Below, in pieces: positions 63,933 through 64,000 of a stretch of DNA of 64,000 bases. The DNA is from Acidimicrobiales bacterium. Its GTDB lineage: Bacteria; Actinomycetota; Acidimicrobiia; Acidimicrobiales; SZUA-35. Each line of letters starts with the position of its first letter. The stretch's first letter is position 1. Below the pieces are notes generated by a model. That model did not search any database, was not told the DNA's origin, and worked only from the letters and a program-made list of their open reading frames with translations. The stretch lies in assembly GCA_037969565.1 (NCBI GenBank), contig JBBKXQ010000008.1, positions 14,527-78,526 of the forward strand, in the 5' to 3' direction. Made by a program: the position numbers and the translations under genes.

Positions 63933-64000
63933 GAGCTGAAACTAAACGACGGCGGTCGTCGCCGTGCGCTCCTCGACCTTCTTAGGGTTCATTTAGGGTG

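Noticed and set aside
1-64000. Searched by eye for transposases, integrases, phage genes, toxin-antitoxin pairs, rRNA/tRNA genes and long exact repeats that would mark a mobile island.
   Set aside because: None recognised. The dormancy-type island has no visible mobility genes or flanking direct repeats within the window, so a mobile-element call is not supported.

Overview
High-GC (roughly two-thirds G+C by eye), densely coding chromosomal segment with an Actinomycetota-like gene repertoire: ArsJ/GAPDH arsenate module, LLM oxidoreductase, universal stress proteins (USPs), and promoters that look leaderless. I support about 60 CDS, one pseudogene remnant, two coding tandem repeats, two hairpin terminator candidates and a set of recurring promoter boxes. 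I saw no rRNA, tRNA, CRISPR array, transposase or integrase. Layout: 0-16 kb is housekeeping and accessory genes (malic enzyme 3-prime end, CorA, GNAT, MFS-cNMP fusion, arsR/arsC-gapdh-arsJ, ComDE-like decarboxylase, sulfatase, ECF sigma/anti-sigma, LLM oxidoreductase). 16-20 kb holds a cyclase-STAND-TPR NTPase tightly linked to a cytoplasmic subtilase carrying an ANPVY pentapeptide array; this is my best candidate for an uncharacterised system. 20-23 kb has a Kef/KhtT antiporter. 23-53 kb is a hypoxia/dormancy-type island: USPs, CBS proteins, PPOX-family proteins, an eRF1-like protein, PPDK, PFOR, flavodoxins, an SQR-DsrC-DsrE operon and a group 3b NiFe hydrogenase. The island is punctuated by a DosR/DevR-like 14-bp quasi-palindrome that sits at a fixed distance from six start codons. 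53-64 kb has two OmpR-type two-component systems, CopC-CopD, a permease and several uncharacterised proteins. All functional calls come from motif reading by eye; no searches were run.
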